From assembly GCA_009914755.4 (NCBI GenBank), contig CP086569.2:16608001-16672000 (forward strand): a stretch of 64,000 nucleotides of DNA, given 5' to 3'. Shown here piece by piece: positions 63,284 through 64,000 of this stretch (positions are counted from its first letter, which is position 1; each line of letters opens with the position of its first letter). This stretch comes from the human T2T-CHM13v2.0 reference genome, Homo sapiens. The notes under the pieces are model-generated. The model saw only the letters and a program-made list of their open reading frames with translations, was not told the DNA's origin and did no database searches. The position numbers and the translations under genes are program-made.

Positions 63284-63662
63284 TATTGCTGGGGCAATTA
63301 GGGTGTAAATTGGCACAACTATTTGAACAACAATGTGTCTCTTGTAAAGTTGAATAGTCACAAACCAATGACTCCATAATACTTTACTCGTAAGAGGAAT
63401 ACACCTCACTTAAATGCTTGCACAGGTGCAATATGTAAAAGAATGTTTAAATCGGCATTGCTTATAATAGCTAAAACTTCGAAGAACTCAAATGTTTATC
63501 AACAGGAATAGGATAAATAAAATACATATGTATGGGGTGAAATATTTTACAGCAATGAAAATAAGTGAACTCTCCCTACATGAACAAGATAGATGACTGT
63601 AAAACTGACAAATGCAAAAAGAAAATCATAGAAGAGTACATGTTATATGATATTTTCACAAA

Positions 63663-63725
63663 ACTCACCTGCCTCGACTCCCCAGAGTGCTTGGATTACA
63701 GGCATGAGGCACTGCAACCAGCCTC
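63663..63725 (-). mobile_element. Short Alu 5'-end fragment (~60 bp).
   Basis: cacctgcctcgactccccagagtgcttggattacaggcatgaggcactgcaaccagcc, the reverse complement of the Alu start. Confidence 0.7.
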
Positions 63726-64000
63726 CCTTGAGTCTTAATTCATGGTTCAGGAGGAACCACTTCTCAGAATGATTGAGAATGGATATAACTATTGCCTTCA
63801 GGGTTAGCTCTACATCTTTGTAAAAGTATGTGGTCATGCTCAAAGCCAGTTGCAACATTCCATCTGTAGATAGCCCTTTCTCAATATCTGGACCATAAAG
63901 CTTTAGAAATGCTCTGCCTAAAATATCAACCCAGGTCTGGGTTGGGTGGTATTAAGTCCAGTGTAGTTATTTATCAAAGATTAAAATACATGGATGTTCA

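Overview
This window is primate (human-type) nuclear DNA, not prokaryotic. It is AT-rich, very repeat-dense, and I cannot support any host protein-coding exon from sequence alone. Close to half of the window is LINE-1. There are three full-length (~6.0-6.2 kb) L1PA-type elements, all with ORF1 and ORF2 broken by stops or frameshifts: L1 #1 on + at 11451-17611, L1 #2 on - at 20770-26804 with a clean 15-bp target-site duplication, and L1 #3 on - at 40806-46930. There are also at least seven truncated L1 pieces. One is a textbook twin-priming (5'-inverted) L1 with a 12-bp target-site duplication at 35188-36915. Roughly 18 Alu copies are present, including a near-consensus AluY at 29665-29963 with a perfect target-site duplication. 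L1 #3 sits inside the env TM region of a 5'-deleted HERV9-like provirus remnant (env TM plus an LTR12-family LTR at 47306-47825 with CCAAT-box tandem repeats). Directly downstream of that LTR is an unclassified ~1 kb minisatellite of ~30-bp units at 47841-48855. There are also several microsatellites, including (TATC)n, (CA)n, (TA)n and (AAAT)n, and two short local dispersed duplications. No CRISPR arrays, operons, tRNA/rRNA genes or other prokaryote-style systems are present. The points worth a second look are structural: nested insertions, inverted and direct full-length L1 pairs as recombination substrates, a possibly regulatory LTR12, a possible VNTR, and a probably polymorphic AluY. Older repeats such as MIR, L2 and DNA transposons may be present, but I cannot call them by eye.
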